From NCBI GenBank assembly GCA_937867025.1, contig CALMKH010000049.1, positions 192 to 64,191 of the forward strand: a DNA stretch of 64,000 nucleotides, in the 5' to 3' direction. A program made the translations under genes and the position numbers. Below are positions 29,163 to 39,599 of the stretch, one piece after another (within the stretch, counting starts at the first letter, position 1; each line of letters opens with the position of its first letter). The notes beneath the pieces were generated by a model. It was not told where the DNA came from. It worked only from the letters and a program-made list of their open reading frames with translations, and did no database searches. The stretch is from an uncultured Bacteroidota bacterium. Its GTDB lineage: Bacteria > Bacteroidota > Bacteroidia > NS11-12g > UBA955.

Positions 29163-31199
29163 ATGGTATGGCTATATCCCTCCTTTCTGTGGGCGTTAAC
29201 GGCCCTGGCAATCCCTGTGGCCATACACCTTTTTAATTTCAGGAGATTCAAGAAGATCATTTTTTCGGATATCCGCTTCCTGAAACAGGTAACACAACAG
29301 ACAAAAAGCGGCAACCAGCTCAAGAAATTCCTTATTCTGATGTGCAGGATGCTGGCCTTTTCCTTCCTTGTATTTGCCTTTGCCCAACCGATGCTGCTCC
29401 GAAAGGACCAGACCCTTGAAAGCGGCAGAAAATCCATAAGTATCATTATCGATAACAGTTATAGCATGAACCTGACCGGTAGCGAGGGACAACTGCTCGA
29501 AGCCGCCAAGAACAGGGCCAGGGCCATTGTGAATGCTTCCGGCAATAATGATCGTTTTAACCTTGTTACATCCGACATGCATGCCCCGTTGCTTCATTTT
29601 GCCGGAAAACAGGCCACCCTGGAAAACATAGACAAGATCAAGGTCAGTTCAGCCAGCAAACAACTCGCCGACCTGCTGGAACTACAAAACCGCCTCCTGC
29701 AAGTTGCTGAAGGTCAAAAAATGGCTTTCTGCATTTCCGATTTCCAGAAGAATAATTCTGTCATTCGACGCAATCCGCTGGACACAGGCATCCGCCAGAC
29801 ATGGATCAAGATCCCAGAAGCGGGTCATGACAACCTGAGCATCGACACCTGTTTCCTGATCTCGCCGATTTTGCAACCAGGGCAAAACATTTCCCTGGTA
29901 ATCCAGGTCAGCAACTATACAGCCAATGACATAGAAGGCACTACACTTGAACTGGTTATCGACGGCAAACCTAAAGGCATCGCTTCCTATTCCATCAAAC
30001 CCTTCAGCAGTGAAAGGCAAACCATCAATTTCACCCTGGAAAATGGCGGCAACCATGCATGCGAACTACGGCTGGCTGGCGACAATATTGCCATTGACGA
30101 CCAATTGTTCTTTTCCCTCAATGTCACGGGGCATTATCATGTCACCAATATCAGCGACAAGGAAGAGCCCTATGTTGAGGCTGTGTTTTTTGACAATCCC
30201 GGTTACTCATACAGGAAAGAATTGTCGGGCAACGTAAATTTCAGCGAATTCAGGAATACCTCGCTTATCATCCTTCAGGGTGTCAGTAACCTTAATTCCG
30301 GCTTTGTGGGGGAACTCAGGAAATTTGCAAATAACGGCGGCACGATTGTGGCTTTCCCTGCAGCTAACATTCCATACGGCGGGCTTCAGCAAACGGCTTC
30401 CGCTTTTGGTTTCCAGCTTTCCGAACAGCCGCTTATCAATCCACTGAAAGTCAGCTCACTGGATCTTGAGCATCCGGTATTTAAACATATTTTCGTCAAG
30501 AACCCCAAAAACCCGGACCTACCTTCCGTTTCAAAATATTTTCATATACAGGCTTCTTCGGGGCAATCCCTTATGAGACTGGCGAACAACCACACATTCA
30601 TGAATGATATTCCCGTCGGAAAAGGACACCTGCTGATATGTGCCTCTCCCTTACTGCCGGAATACACCAATTTTCAGAACCATGCGCTATTTGTACCTGT
30701 ATTACTTAAATCGGCCATGTTATCCAACTACAGGAAGCAGTTGTATTTCGATTGTGGTCAGAACCAGCCGATTTATACCGGCCTCCCATATGAATCGGAA
30801 AGCGGGTTATACCTTGCCAAGGGGAAAAACACCTTTATACCCGAAGTTATTAACATGGATGGCGAGATGTTCATCAATACAAACGGGGAAATTCAGGAGC
30901 CGGGACATTACGAACTAAGGAACAGAAAATCCGATTCAACGCTTGTGAACCTTTCGTTCAATATCAACCGCAGTGAAAGCGACACGCGGACACTGTCGGA
31001 CGATGAACTGGAAAAGACAGCCTCCGATTTTCATATAGAGACTTTCGAAGGCAGTGCGGAAAAGCTCGCTTCAGAATTCACCAAACTGCAGAAAGGCACT
31101 CCATTGTGGAAATGGTGTATTATTTTTGTTTTGATTTTCCTGCTTATTGAAATACTTTTGATCCGGTTTTTTAGAACACATGCAAAGCTACCTGCTTAA
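29163..31199 (+). CDS. BatA N-terminal + vWA domain membrane protein
   Basis: LAIPVAIHLFNFRR, MIDAS DNSYS and ISDFQ; C-terminal PLWKWC transmembrane anchor. Confidence 0.88.
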   Translation: MVWLYPSFLWALTALAIPVAIHLFNFRRFKKIIFSDIRFLKQVTQQTKSGNQLKKFLILMCRMLAFSFLVFAFAQPMLLRKDQTLESGRKSISIIIDNSYSMNLTGSEGQLLEAAKNRARAIVNASGNNDRFNLVTSDMHAPLLHFAGKQATLENIDKIKVSSASKQLADLLELQNRLLQVAEGQKMAFCISDFQKNNSVIRRNPLDTGIRQTWIKIPEAGHDNLSIDTCFLISPILQPGQNISLVIQVSNYTANDIEGTTLELVIDGKPKGIASYSIKPFSSERQTINFTLENGGNHACELRLAGDNIAIDDQLFFSLNVTGHYHVTNISDKEEPYVEAVFFDNPGYSYRKELSGNVNFSEFRNTSLIILQGVSNLNSGFVGELRKFANNGGTIVAFPAANIPYGGLQQTASAFGFQLSEQPLINPLKVSSLDLEHPVFKHIFVKNPKNPDLPSVSKYFHIQASSGQSLMRLANNHTFMNDIPVGKGHLLICASPLLPEYTNFQNHALFVPVLLKSAMLSNYRKQLYFDCGQNQPIYTGLPYESESGLYLAKGKNTFIPEVINMDGEMFINTNGEIQEPGHYELRNRKSDSTLVNLSFNINRSESDTRTLSDDELEKTASDFHIETFEGSAEKLASEFTKLQKGTPLWKWCIIFVLIFLLIEILLIRFFRTHAKLPA

Positions 31200-32466
31200 A
31201 AATATCCAGATATATGATCCCGAGTCCCCGTTTAACGGGCAGACAGGTGATTTGGGAATTAAAGACGGCCAGATCACAGATTTTGGCGAAAAGGCAGACG
31301 AATCCGGATACGGCAAGATCATAGATTTTACTGGTTGTATTGTTACCCCGGCTTTTACGGATACGCGATGCAACAGCAGCGAGCCGGGTTATGAACACAG
31401 GGAAACCATACGATCCCTGAACCATGCGGCATTTGCGGGCGGATATTCCCATGTGGCTTTGCTTCCCAACTGCAATCCTCCGCGACAAACCAGGTCGGAC
31501 ATTGCATTTCTTATCAACCAGGTAAAGGATATGCCCGTCAAATTCCTGCCGATGGGCGCCATTACAAAAGACCTTAAAACGGATGAACTGGCTGAAATGT
31601 ATGATATGAAAAACCATGGCGCCGTTGCATTCTCAAATGCCAACAATCCGGTTGAGAATATCGGCACGATGAGCAGGGCACTTCAATATACCAGGAGCTT
31701 TGACGGGCTGATCTACAGTTTCTGTCACCAGCCTGAATTATCAAAAGGAGCCTATGTGGCAGAAGGAACCGTTGCTGTAAGCCTTGGGCTGAAAGGCATA
31801 CCGCAGATGGCGGAATACCTGCAGGTACAAAGGGATATTGAACTGGCAGACTATCACCAGTCGAGAATACATATTTCCAAAATAAGTACCGAACGCTCAG
31901 TGGAGCTTATAAGACAGGCCAAGCTACAGGGCATAAAGGTTACGTGTGACGTGGCTGTCATGAATCTCGTGCTCACCGATGAGACCCTTATGGATTTTGA
32001 CAGTAACCTCAAGCTCACGCCGCCGCTCAGGCAGGCCAATGATGTGAAGGCCCTGTGGGAGGGTCTTATGGATGGGACGATAGACGCCATTTGCAGCGAT
32101 CATCATCCCCAGGAAATAGAACATAAGGATGTGGAATTTGAATATGCCTCTTACGGGGCCATCAGCATTCAGATAGCATTCAGTCTTGCCGTTGAAGGCA
32201 GGAACAGGTTTTGTCCCGGTCTTGATGATTCCGTCCTTATTTCCAAATTCAACTCCGGACCGGCAAAAATACTCGGATTGACCAATTCAAAAACCAATAC
32301 GGGCGAACGTGCGGAATTCACTGTTATCAATCCGCATAAACAAACCATATTAAGCTCAAGGAATAACTTTTCCCTTTCGTATAACAGCTATTATATGGAA
32401 AAGCCTCTTCCATATTTTATAGAAGCAACTTTTATCGGTAAAAACTGTCTTTTGAATAAAAGCTGA
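31180..32466 (+). CDS. Dihydroorotase-like amidohydrolase, probably inactive (PyrC'-like)
   Basis: EPGYEHRET, AAFAGG, KLTPPLR and IDAICSDH motifs; the HxH metal motif is replaced by RCN. Confidence 0.85.
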   Translation: MQSYLLKNIQIYDPESPFNGQTGDLGIKDGQITDFGEKADESGYGKIIDFTGCIVTPAFTDTRCNSSEPGYEHRETIRSLNHAAFAGGYSHVALLPNCNPPRQTRSDIAFLINQVKDMPVKFLPMGAITKDLKTDELAEMYDMKNHGAVAFSNANNPVENIGTMSRALQYTRSFDGLIYSFCHQPELSKGAYVAEGTVAVSLGLKGIPQMAEYLQVQRDIELADYHQSRIHISKISTERSVELIRQAKLQGIKVTCDVAVMNLVLTDETLMDFDSNLKLTPPLRQANDVKALWEGLMDGTIDAICSDHHPQEIEHKDVEFEYASYGAISIQIAFSLAVEGRNRFCPGLDDSVLISKFNSGPAKILGLTNSKTNTGERAEFTVINPHKQTILSSRNNFSLSYNSYYMEKPLPYFIEATFIGKNCLLNKS

Positions 32467-32499
32467 TACCAGGCAATCAATTAAAACTAAATTCGAACC

Positions 32500-33072
32500 A
32501 TGGATACAAATTCAATTTTAGATTCCGGGACAACCCCTAAAAAGTCGCCCGCCGGCACTGCAGTCAAATGGGCACTGGTCGGCACCTTGCTTGGCATTAT
32601 ACAAACCTTTGCCGGCATGTACCTGAATGACGGCAAGTATGACCCGCGGGGTGATGGCATTGGCAGCATGGCCATAGGCTTCATAATACTGTTCTTTGTC
32701 CTCTTTATGTCCATGAAGGAATTCAGGGATAAGGAACAAGGCGGTTACATTACCTACGGAAAAGCATTCCAGGCAGGGTTTATCACAAGTTTGTTCTGGA
32801 CGCTGTTCACCCTGGTCTTTATGGTTATCTTCTACAATTTTATCATCGATTTCGACACATACATGTCGGAACAAATGGATAAGGGTATCCAGGAGATGAA
32901 AAAACGCGGCATGTCTGATTCAGAAATACAGAATGCCATGTCAAAGACCCCTGCCTTTTTTTCCTCGCAAGGGTTTTCACTGGCCATCGTAGCGGTAGCA
33001 AGCATTATATTCCAAGTGGTAGCAACATTGATCACAGCCATCTTTGTCAAGAAAGACAGACCGCACAGCTAA
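32500..33072 (+). CDS. DUF4199 membrane protein
   Basis: Four transmembrane segments; FRDKEQGGYITYGKAF motif. Confidence 0.85.
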   Translation: MDTNSILDSGTTPKKSPAGTAVKWALVGTLLGIIQTFAGMYLNDGKYDPRGDGIGSMAIGFIILFFVLFMSMKEFRDKEQGGYITYGKAFQAGFITSLFWTLFTLVFMVIFYNFIIDFDTYMSEQMDKGIQEMKKRGMSDSEIQNAMSKTPAFFSSQGFSLAIVAVASIIFQVVATLITAIFVKKDRPHS

Positions 33073-33085
33073 ATATTATTAAAAC

Positions 33086-34042
33086 ATGCCGGATATATCA
33101 ATAGTCATTCCCCTGCTCAATGAACATGAATCTCTTCCCGAACTGGAAGCATGGATTGTGCGGGTGATGGAGACCAATTCATTCAGTTATGAAATACTGT
33201 TCATTGATGACGGCAGTACGGATGGAAGCTGGGAACTGATCAAATCGCTCACTGAAAGAAACAGCCATGTGCGCGGCATCCGCTTCAGGCGCAATTACGG
33301 CAAATCGGCTGCCCTTAACATAGGTTTCAGCGAAGCGAAAGGCGATGTGGTGATCACCATGGATGCAGATCTGCAGGACAGCCCTGACGAGATACCCGAA
33401 CTGTTCCGTCACATCACGGAAGAAGGATACGACATCATTTCCGGCTGGAAGAAAAAACGTTATGATCCGGTCACCAAAACCATCCCCACAAAACTCTTTA
33501 ACTGGGCCACCAGGCGAATGAGCGGCATATATCTGCACGATTTCAACTGCGGATTAAAAGCCTACAGGAGTGAAGTGGTGAAAAATATTGAGGTCTATGG
33601 CGAAATGCACCGCTATATTCCCGTCATAGCGAAATCGGCTGGATTCAAGAAAATAGGCGAACAGGTAGTGGAACACCGGGCCAGAAAATACGGAACGACG
33701 AAATTCGGGCTTAACAGGTTCGTAAATGGTTTTCTCGATCTACTTACCATTTTCTTCATGGGTAAGTTCGGAAAAAAACCCATGCACTTTTTTGGCATTT
33801 ATGGCTTGCTCTGTTTTATCATAGGTTTCTTTATTGCCCTGTACCTGCTCATCAGCAAGATGATAAGCCTGATGAATCATGAAAAGGCTCCGCTGGTTGC
33901 CGACTCCCCATTGTTTTACCTCGGGCTTGTCTCCATGATCATCGGCACGCAGCTTTTTCTTGCAGGGTTCCTCGGAGAACTGATAAGCCGCAGCAGCGGT
34001 GAAAGAAATACGTACTCCGTAGCCGAAAAGATCAATCTCTGA
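33086..34042 (+). CDS. Glycosyltransferase family 2 (polyprenol-phosphate GT, ArnC/GtrB-like)
   Basis: IDDGSTD, RNYGKS, MDADLQD and HDFNCG; two C-terminal TMs. Confidence 0.92.
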   Translation: MPDISIVIPLLNEHESLPELEAWIVRVMETNSFSYEILFIDDGSTDGSWELIKSLTERNSHVRGIRFRRNYGKSAALNIGFSEAKGDVVITMDADLQDSPDEIPELFRHITEEGYDIISGWKKKRYDPVTKTIPTKLFNWATRRMSGIYLHDFNCGLKAYRSEVVKNIEVYGEMHRYIPVIAKSAGFKKIGEQVVEHRARKYGTTKFGLNRFVNGFLDLLTIFFMGKFGKKPMHFFGIYGLLCFIIGFFIALYLLISKMISLMNHEKAPLVADSPLFYLGLVSMIIGTQLFLAGFLGELISRSSGERNTYSVAEKINL

Positions 34043-34060
34043 AACCTCCGTTAACCTGAG

Positions 34061-35218
34061 ATGAACGCACATAAACGACCATTGAGAATTGTTATAGTTG
34101 GTCCTGCATGGCCGTTGCGGGGGGGACTGAGCACCTATGATGAAAGACTTTGTAAAGCCTTTAACGATGCAGGCCATCATGCTTCGATACTGAGCTTCAA
34201 GCTTCAGTATCCTTCATTCCTGTTTCCCGGTAAAACACAATACAGCTCGGATCCTGCTCCGGAATCGCTTGAAATAGACACTGCGATTAATTCCGTCAAT
34301 CCCTTTAACTGGCTGATAGTGGGAGCCCGTTACAGGAAAATATCCCCTGATATCATGGTTTTCAGGTACTGGATGCCTTTTATGGCGCCCTCCCTAGGCA
34401 CCATAGCGCGCATGGCAGGAAAGAATAAACGAACGAGGCTTGTGGCCATAGCGGACAATATTTATCCGCACGAAAAACATTTCTATGACGGGATCTGCAC
34501 AAATTATTTTGTAAACAGCATGCATGGATTTATTACCATGAGCAAATCCGTTCTGGAAGATCTCAAAAAGCTTGCTTCCGCAAAGCCCTCCAGGTATGTT
34601 CCGCATCCCATGTACGACAATTTTGGGGAAGTAATTGACAAGAATACCGCCAAACGCATGCTGGGGCTTGATGAAGAATACTCCTACCTTTTATTCTTCG
34701 GGTTTATAAGGGCTTACAAGGGGCTCGACCTGCTGCTCAAATCGTTTGCTGCAAGCGGTTTGAAAGACCGGAAAGTGAAGCTCGTCATCGCAGGTGAATA
34801 TTATGAAGATTCAGGTCCCTACAAACAACTTATTGCGGACCTGCACCTGAAGGATGCGGTGATTGAACGCAATGATTTTATACCCAACCCGGATGTAGCC
34901 AAATATTTTTCAGCCTGCGACATGGTGGTTCAAACCTATCATTCGGCCACGCAGAGCGGAGTTACCCAGATAGCCTATCATTTCAACAAACCCATGCTTG
35001 TAACCGATGTGGGAGGGCTTGCCGAAACAGTGCCGCATGGAGAAGTTGGTTATGTAACCCCGAAAGATGAAGCAGCTATTGCAGAAGCGTTGAAGGATTT
35101 TTATGCCAACCGGAAAGAAGACATTTTTTCCCGTAATGCGAATGAATTCAAAAAGAAATTCAGTTGGGACAACATCATGCAGGGAATTATTGAAACGAGC
35201 AGCAGAATTGAGAATTGA
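34061..35218 (+). CDS. Glycosyltransferase family 4
   Basis: GPAWPLRGG, FGFIRAYKG, SATQSG and TDVGGL. Confidence 0.9.
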   Translation: MNAHKRPLRIVIVGPAWPLRGGLSTYDERLCKAFNDAGHHASILSFKLQYPSFLFPGKTQYSSDPAPESLEIDTAINSVNPFNWLIVGARYRKISPDIMVFRYWMPFMAPSLGTIARMAGKNKRTRLVAIADNIYPHEKHFYDGICTNYFVNSMHGFITMSKSVLEDLKKLASAKPSRYVPHPMYDNFGEVIDKNTAKRMLGLDEEYSYLLFFGFIRAYKGLDLLLKSFAASGLKDRKVKLVIAGEYYEDSGPYKQLIADLHLKDAVIERNDFIPNPDVAKYFSACDMVVQTYHSATQSGVTQIAYHFNKPMLVTDVGGLAETVPHGEVGYVTPKDEAAIAEALKDFYANRKEDIFSRNANEFKKKFSWDNIMQGIIETSSRIEN

Positions 35219-35260
35219 TAATGGAAGCATAGACCCGGCCCTGCCATTCCCCCAATTCTA

Positions 35261-36343
35261 TTATTTCTGCACCTTTCTATACAGGTAATACGCAACACCC
35301 GCAAAAATAAAATTGGGTATCCAAACAGCTATCATCGGAGGTAAAAGTCCGGTGGCGCCGTATGTATTGAAGAATTGTATGACAAACAGATAGATAAAGC
35401 TCAGGAATATGCCTATGCCGAGATTCAAACCAACGCCTCCCCTGCTTTTTTTGCTGGAGACACAGACACCGATGACCGTGAGAATAAATGTTGAGAACGG
35501 CGAAGCATAACGCCTGTACTTCTCGGTGATATAAAAATCGAGGTTTTCGGTACCCTTTATCTTTTCTTTCTCTATAAAATCGTTCAGTTCATTGATATCG
35601 AACGACTGCACATCATCGCTATGCCTGAAAAAATCAGCGGGCACGAACGGTATCATCGTATCCAGGAATTTTCCGCGGGTCAAAACATTTTCACCGGAGT
35701 CCTTGTAGTCACGTATCACGTAATCTTCCAGTCTCCACTTATTCGCCTTCCTGTTCCATGAGATCCTCTTGCCGTATAATTTGCTTTTCAGTTTTTTCCC
35801 CTCATATTGTTCCAGCGAAACTCCTCCGCCCATGCTGTCGCCATGCCCGAAATATTCCATATAGAACAATATGCCCGGCTTTAACTGCGTATGCACATTA
35901 TTGGTATAGTCGTCATTGGTGTTCCTGATATATTTATTTTCAAACTGCAGCCTGATCTTGTCGGAATGCGGTATGATGTAACCATTCAGAAAAAAAGAGA
36001 GAACAGCAAGCAACAGGGCTGTAAAAAGGTATGGCCTTAAAAAGCGGTTATAACTAACACCGGCGGCAAGTGTGGCTACAATCTCGCTTCTTGAGGCAAG
36101 CTTGGAAGTAAAGAAGATGACCGCTATAAAAATAAATACGGGACTGAACAGGTTCAGGAAGAAAGGAACGTAATTCAGGTAGTATTTAAAAATGATCTCT
36201 GAAACCGGAGCGTCCTTTTTCAGGAAATCATCCAGTTTTTCGGAAATGTCGAATACGATAATGATGATAATGAAGAGGCTTAACGTAACAGCAAACGTGG
36301 TAATAAATTTACGGATAATATACCAGTCGAACTTCTTTAACAT
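35261..36343 (-). CDS. lptG: LptF/LptG family LPS export permease
   Basis: DWYIIRKF, SEIVATLAAGVS and AVWIPN; lies downstream of tgt. Confidence 0.88.
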   Translation of the reverse strand: MLKKFDWYIIRKFITTFAVTLSLFIIIIIVFDISEKLDDFLKKDAPVSEIIFKYYLNYVPFFLNLFSPVFIFIAVIFFTSKLASRSEIVATLAAGVSYNRFLRPYLFTALLLAVLSFFLNGYIIPHSDKIRLQFENKYIRNTNDDYTNNVHTQLKPGILFYMEYFGHGDSMGGGVSLEQYEGKKLKSKLYGKRISWNRKANKWRLEDYVIRDYKDSGENVLTRGKFLDTMIPFVPADFFRHSDDVQSFDINELNDFIEKEKIKGTENLDFYITEKYRRYASPFSTFILTVIGVCVSSKKSRGGVGLNLGIGIFLSFIYLFVIQFFNTYGATGLLPPMIAVWIPNFIFAGVAYYLYRKVQK

Positions 36344-36350
36344 CCTGAAT

Positions 36351-37469
36351 TTACAATCTTTGTTTCAATTTCTGTACCATAATGGCCTTCCACGAGGTAA
36401 ATGTGCCTTCCTGTATCCTTTTCCTGGCCTCGGAAACCAGCCAGAGATAAAACCCCAGGTTATGAAGGCTTGCCAATTGCGGACCTAGCATCTCACCGGC
36501 CATGAACAGATGCCTTAGGTATGCCTTTGAGTATTGCGGCAAATGGAGTTCATCGAACGGTGAAAAATCGTTTTCCCACTTCTTGTTCTTTATATTGATG
36601 ATGCCTTCCGCGGTGAACAACATACCGTTCCTGCCATTGCGGGTCGGCATGACACAATCGAACATGTCCACACCGAGTGCTATACATTCCAGTATATTTT
36701 CGGGAGTGCCCACGCCCATCAGGTAACGGGGCTTGTCTTTGGGCAAAATATCGCATACCGCTTCCGTCAATTCATACATAACGTCGTGGGGCTCGCCAAC
36801 GCTCAAACCGCCTATGGCATTGCCCAAACAGTCTTTAGAAGCGATATATTCAGCGCTTTTTACCCTCAGATCGCGGTATGTGCTTCCCTGAAGGATAGGG
36901 AAAAGCGCCTGTGAATAACCGTAAAGTCCTTCTGTTTCACTGAATCTCCGGATGCACCTGTCGAGCCACCTGTGAGTGAGTTTCATGCTGTTTTCAGCAT
37001 ATTGGTACGTCGAAGGATATGGAGGGCATTCATCAAAAGCCATGATAATATCTGCTCCTATCACCCTTTGGATGTCCATCACATTTTCAGGGGTGAACAT
37101 GTGACGGCTGCCGTCGATATGCGACTGGAACCTGGCACCTTCTTCTGTTAATTTCCTTCGTTCGGCCAGGGAGTAAACCTGATAACCGCCGCTATCCGTA
37201 AGGATAGGCTTATCCCATCCGATAAACTTATGCAATCCGCCGGCCTGTTTCAGTATGTCTGTCCCTGGTCTGAGGTACAGGTGATAGGTATTGCCAAGGA
37301 TTATCTGGGCTTTGATCGTATCGAGCAACTGCTGCTGATTGATGGCTTTCACGCTGCCGATGGTTCCCACTGGCATGAAGATGGGCGTCTGTATCGCTCC
37401 ATGATCGGTAATGATCTCCCCTGCCCTAGCCTTGCCTGAGGGGTCGGTATGTTGAAGGTTGAAGATCAA
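36351..37469 (-). CDS. tgt: tRNA-guanine transglycosylase
   Basis: TPIFMPVGT, NTYHL, TDSGGYQ, GGLSVGE and DCVMPTRNGR. Confidence 0.97.
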   Translation of the reverse strand: MIFNLQHTDPSGKARAGEIITDHGAIQTPIFMPVGTIGSVKAINQQQLLDTIKAQIILGNTYHLYLRPGTDILKQAGGLHKFIGWDKPILTDSGGYQVYSLAERRKLTEEGARFQSHIDGSRHMFTPENVMDIQRVIGADIIMAFDECPPYPSTYQYAENSMKLTHRWLDRCIRRFSETEGLYGYSQALFPILQGSTYRDLRVKSAEYIASKDCLGNAIGGLSVGEPHDVMYELTEAVCDILPKDKPRYLMGVGTPENILECIALGVDMFDCVMPTRNGRNGMLFTAEGIINIKNKKWENDFSPFDELHLPQYSKAYLRHLFMAGEMLGPQLASLHNLGFYLWLVSEARKRIQEGTFTSWKAIMVQKLKQRL

Positions 37470-38161
37470 TTGTGGAAGTGGAATGAAATTTGGAAAAGCC
37501 TGGCTTGTATCCGGCTAAACGAACTCGCATAGATATATGGATCCGGGCTGAGAATATTTCCCAGGCTGTTGCTCATTTTAATTTCTGTGGAAATAAGGGA
37601 CCATATGCCGAAATGATCATACCCGAAGCCGTATTCATAATAAAATGAATTGGCTTTAAAGGCTACAAGCGGTCTGTTCGGCGTCCTGATGGTCGATTCA
37701 TTGCTTTGGAAATCGTGGCTGTACCGCAAACCGCCAATCACATAGAAACGGTGGTTTTTATGCCTGATGGAATGGTGTTTGAGCAAAAGGCATTGATTCA
37801 GCGATACGGATTCTGTTTTTGCCGTTTGTTCCCGGTCGGCGAACCTGAATGTAAAATTTCTCTGGGAAAATTCAAGCTGCGCGAGATAACGCGTCGTCCA
37901 CAGCCTGCCAATCCTGTAATCGATTATACCTCCGAAACAGAGTCCGGCAAAGCCCTGGGTCGTAATGCTTTTGACCGAATCGCGCGAATAAAAGTCGTTG
38001 GCCAGTATAACTTTGGCTTTTGCGTAGTTCGGGACCAGCGATATGCCGAAATGCCATTTTTCAAGATCGTAATTCGGCCTGTGCTCCTGCGCCTGCAAGG
38101 CACTGCAAGCCATCATAATCAGGCAAACAACACTTATTTTACACCTGTGTAAATACTGCAT
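37466..38161 (-). CDS. porT: T9SS/gliding motility outer-membrane protein PorT/SprT (start uncertain)
   Basis: PNYD..WHFG N-terminus, beta-barrel pattern ending ISFHF, and position after ubiE. Confidence 0.7.
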   Translation of the reverse strand: MQYLHRCKISVVCLIMMACSALQAQEHRPNYDLEKWHFGISLVPNYAKAKVILANDFYSRDSVKSITTQGFAGLCFGGIIDYRIGRLWTTRYLAQLEFSQRNFTFRFADREQTAKTESVSLNQCLLLKHHSIRHKNHRFYVIGGLRYSHDFQSNESTIRTPNRPLVAFKANSFYYEYGFGYDHFGIWSLISTEIKMSNSLGNILSPDPYIYASSFSRIQARLFQISFHFHN

Positions 38162-38859
38162 ATACCAAAAGTTAAAGCCCTGGAGGTAGTATGTTTGAAA
38201 CCTATATCTTTCAAATGTTTGATAAACGCTTCACCATCAGGAAAATGTTTTACAGATTCAGGAAGATAGGTATACGCAGATCGGTTTTTTGAGATATAAC
38301 GGCCCCAGAACGGTAATATTGTATTAAAATAAAAATTATAGAGCTGTCTGACAGGAAATATTCTGGGCTTGCTGAATTCCAGCACCACAAATTTGGCGCC
38401 GGGCTTAAGCACCCTGTATATCTCGCTCAGGCCCTTATCAAGATTCTCGAAATTCCTCACTCCGAACCCCACTGTACAGGCATCGAATGTATTATCGGCA
38501 AAACTGAGTGCCTCGCTGTCGCCCTTATACAGTTCTATCACACCGGATTTACCGGCTGCATGTATCTTTTTCCTGCCTACTTCCAGCATGCCCTCGCTGA
38601 GATCAATCCCTATTACTTTATCCGGCTTCAGGCTAAGGGCTTCAAATGCGAGATCCCCGGTGCCTGTGGCCATGTCCAGAATCAGTGCCGGCCTGAGATC
38701 TTTCAATTCGCTGATGGCTTTCTTTCTCCAGCTCCTGTCGATGCCCATGGAAAGAAAATGGTTCAGAAAATCATACCTCCCGGATATGCTGTCAAACATC
38801 TCTTCCACCTGCTGTTTCTTGCTTGCGCCAGACGTTTGTATTGGTTTGATAGTTGTCAA
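38134..38859 (-). CDS. ubiE: Demethylmenaquinone methyltransferase UbiE/MenG
   Basis: MFDSI..YD.LN, LDMATGTGD, GFGVRN, VLEFS and AYTYLPES; TTG start inferred. Confidence 0.95.
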   Translation of the reverse strand: MTTIKPIQTSGASKKQQVEEMFDSISGRYDFLNHFLSMGIDRSWRKKAISELKDLRPALILDMATGTGDLAFEALSLKPDKVIGIDLSEGMLEVGRKKIHAAGKSGVIELYKGDSEALSFADNTFDACTVGFGVRNFENLDKGLSEIYRVLKPGAKFVVLEFSKPRIFPVRQLYNFYFNTILPFWGRYISKNRSAYTYLPESVKHFPDGEAFIKHLKDIGFKHTTSRALTFGICSIYTGVK

Positions 38860-38935
38860 TGGATAAATTAAACTTATTTTTGCCGGTAAAACCGTTTGCA
38901 AAGATAAGCACTAATTCATATTTAAACACCAGAAA

Positions 38936-39520
38936 ATGAGAGCAGAATTTAAAGGTTCGTATCCATCCATCAAAGTATTGCCGAAGGGTGATTTGCCTGA
39001 ATTTGCATTCATCGGCAGGAGCAATGTAGGGAAAAGCTCGCTTATCAATATGCTGTGCAATCAGAAAGACCTGGCGAAAACGTCATCCAAACCCGGTAAA
39101 ACCCAGCATATCGTGCGTTTCCTTGTCGATGGGAAATGGTACCTGGTGGATTTGCCGGGATATGGATATGCCAAGGTTTCTAAGGAATCGAGAACCCTGT
39201 TCGGAGCCCTGATACAGGATTACCTGCTGGAAAGGAATAACATGTATTGTGTATTCGTGCTGATTGACAGCCGTCTCGAACCTCAGAAAATCGATCTCGA
39301 ATTTATGGAATGGCTGGGCGAATCGCAGATCCCGTTCTGCATTGCTTTTACAAAAACCGACAAACTGAAAGCATCCGAGGCTGAAAGAAACATTGAACAA
39401 TACAAGAACAAACTGCTGGAAACATGGGTGGAACTGCCGGGGATATTCGTCACATCGGCAACCGAAAAGAGCGGCCGTGAAGAGATCCTTGAGTTTATCG
39501 AGAAGGTAAGGAAAAGCTGA
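38936..39520 (+). CDS. engB: Ribosome biogenesis GTPase YihA/EngB
   Basis: GRSNVGKSS, PGKT, DLPGYG and TKTDK. Confidence 0.96.
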   Translation: MRAEFKGSYPSIKVLPKGDLPEFAFIGRSNVGKSSLINMLCNQKDLAKTSSKPGKTQHIVRFLVDGKWYLVDLPGYGYAKVSKESRTLFGALIQDYLLERNNMYCVFVLIDSRLEPQKIDLEFMEWLGESQIPFCIAFTKTDKLKASEAERNIEQYKNKLLETWVELPGIFVTSATEKSGREEILEFIEKVRKS

Positions 39521-39599
39521 ACCGGCCGGCTTTTGTTTAGGCTGCATAAAAAATTCCGTTTATTATTTGAAATATATATTACTTTTGCAGCCTATCAAA

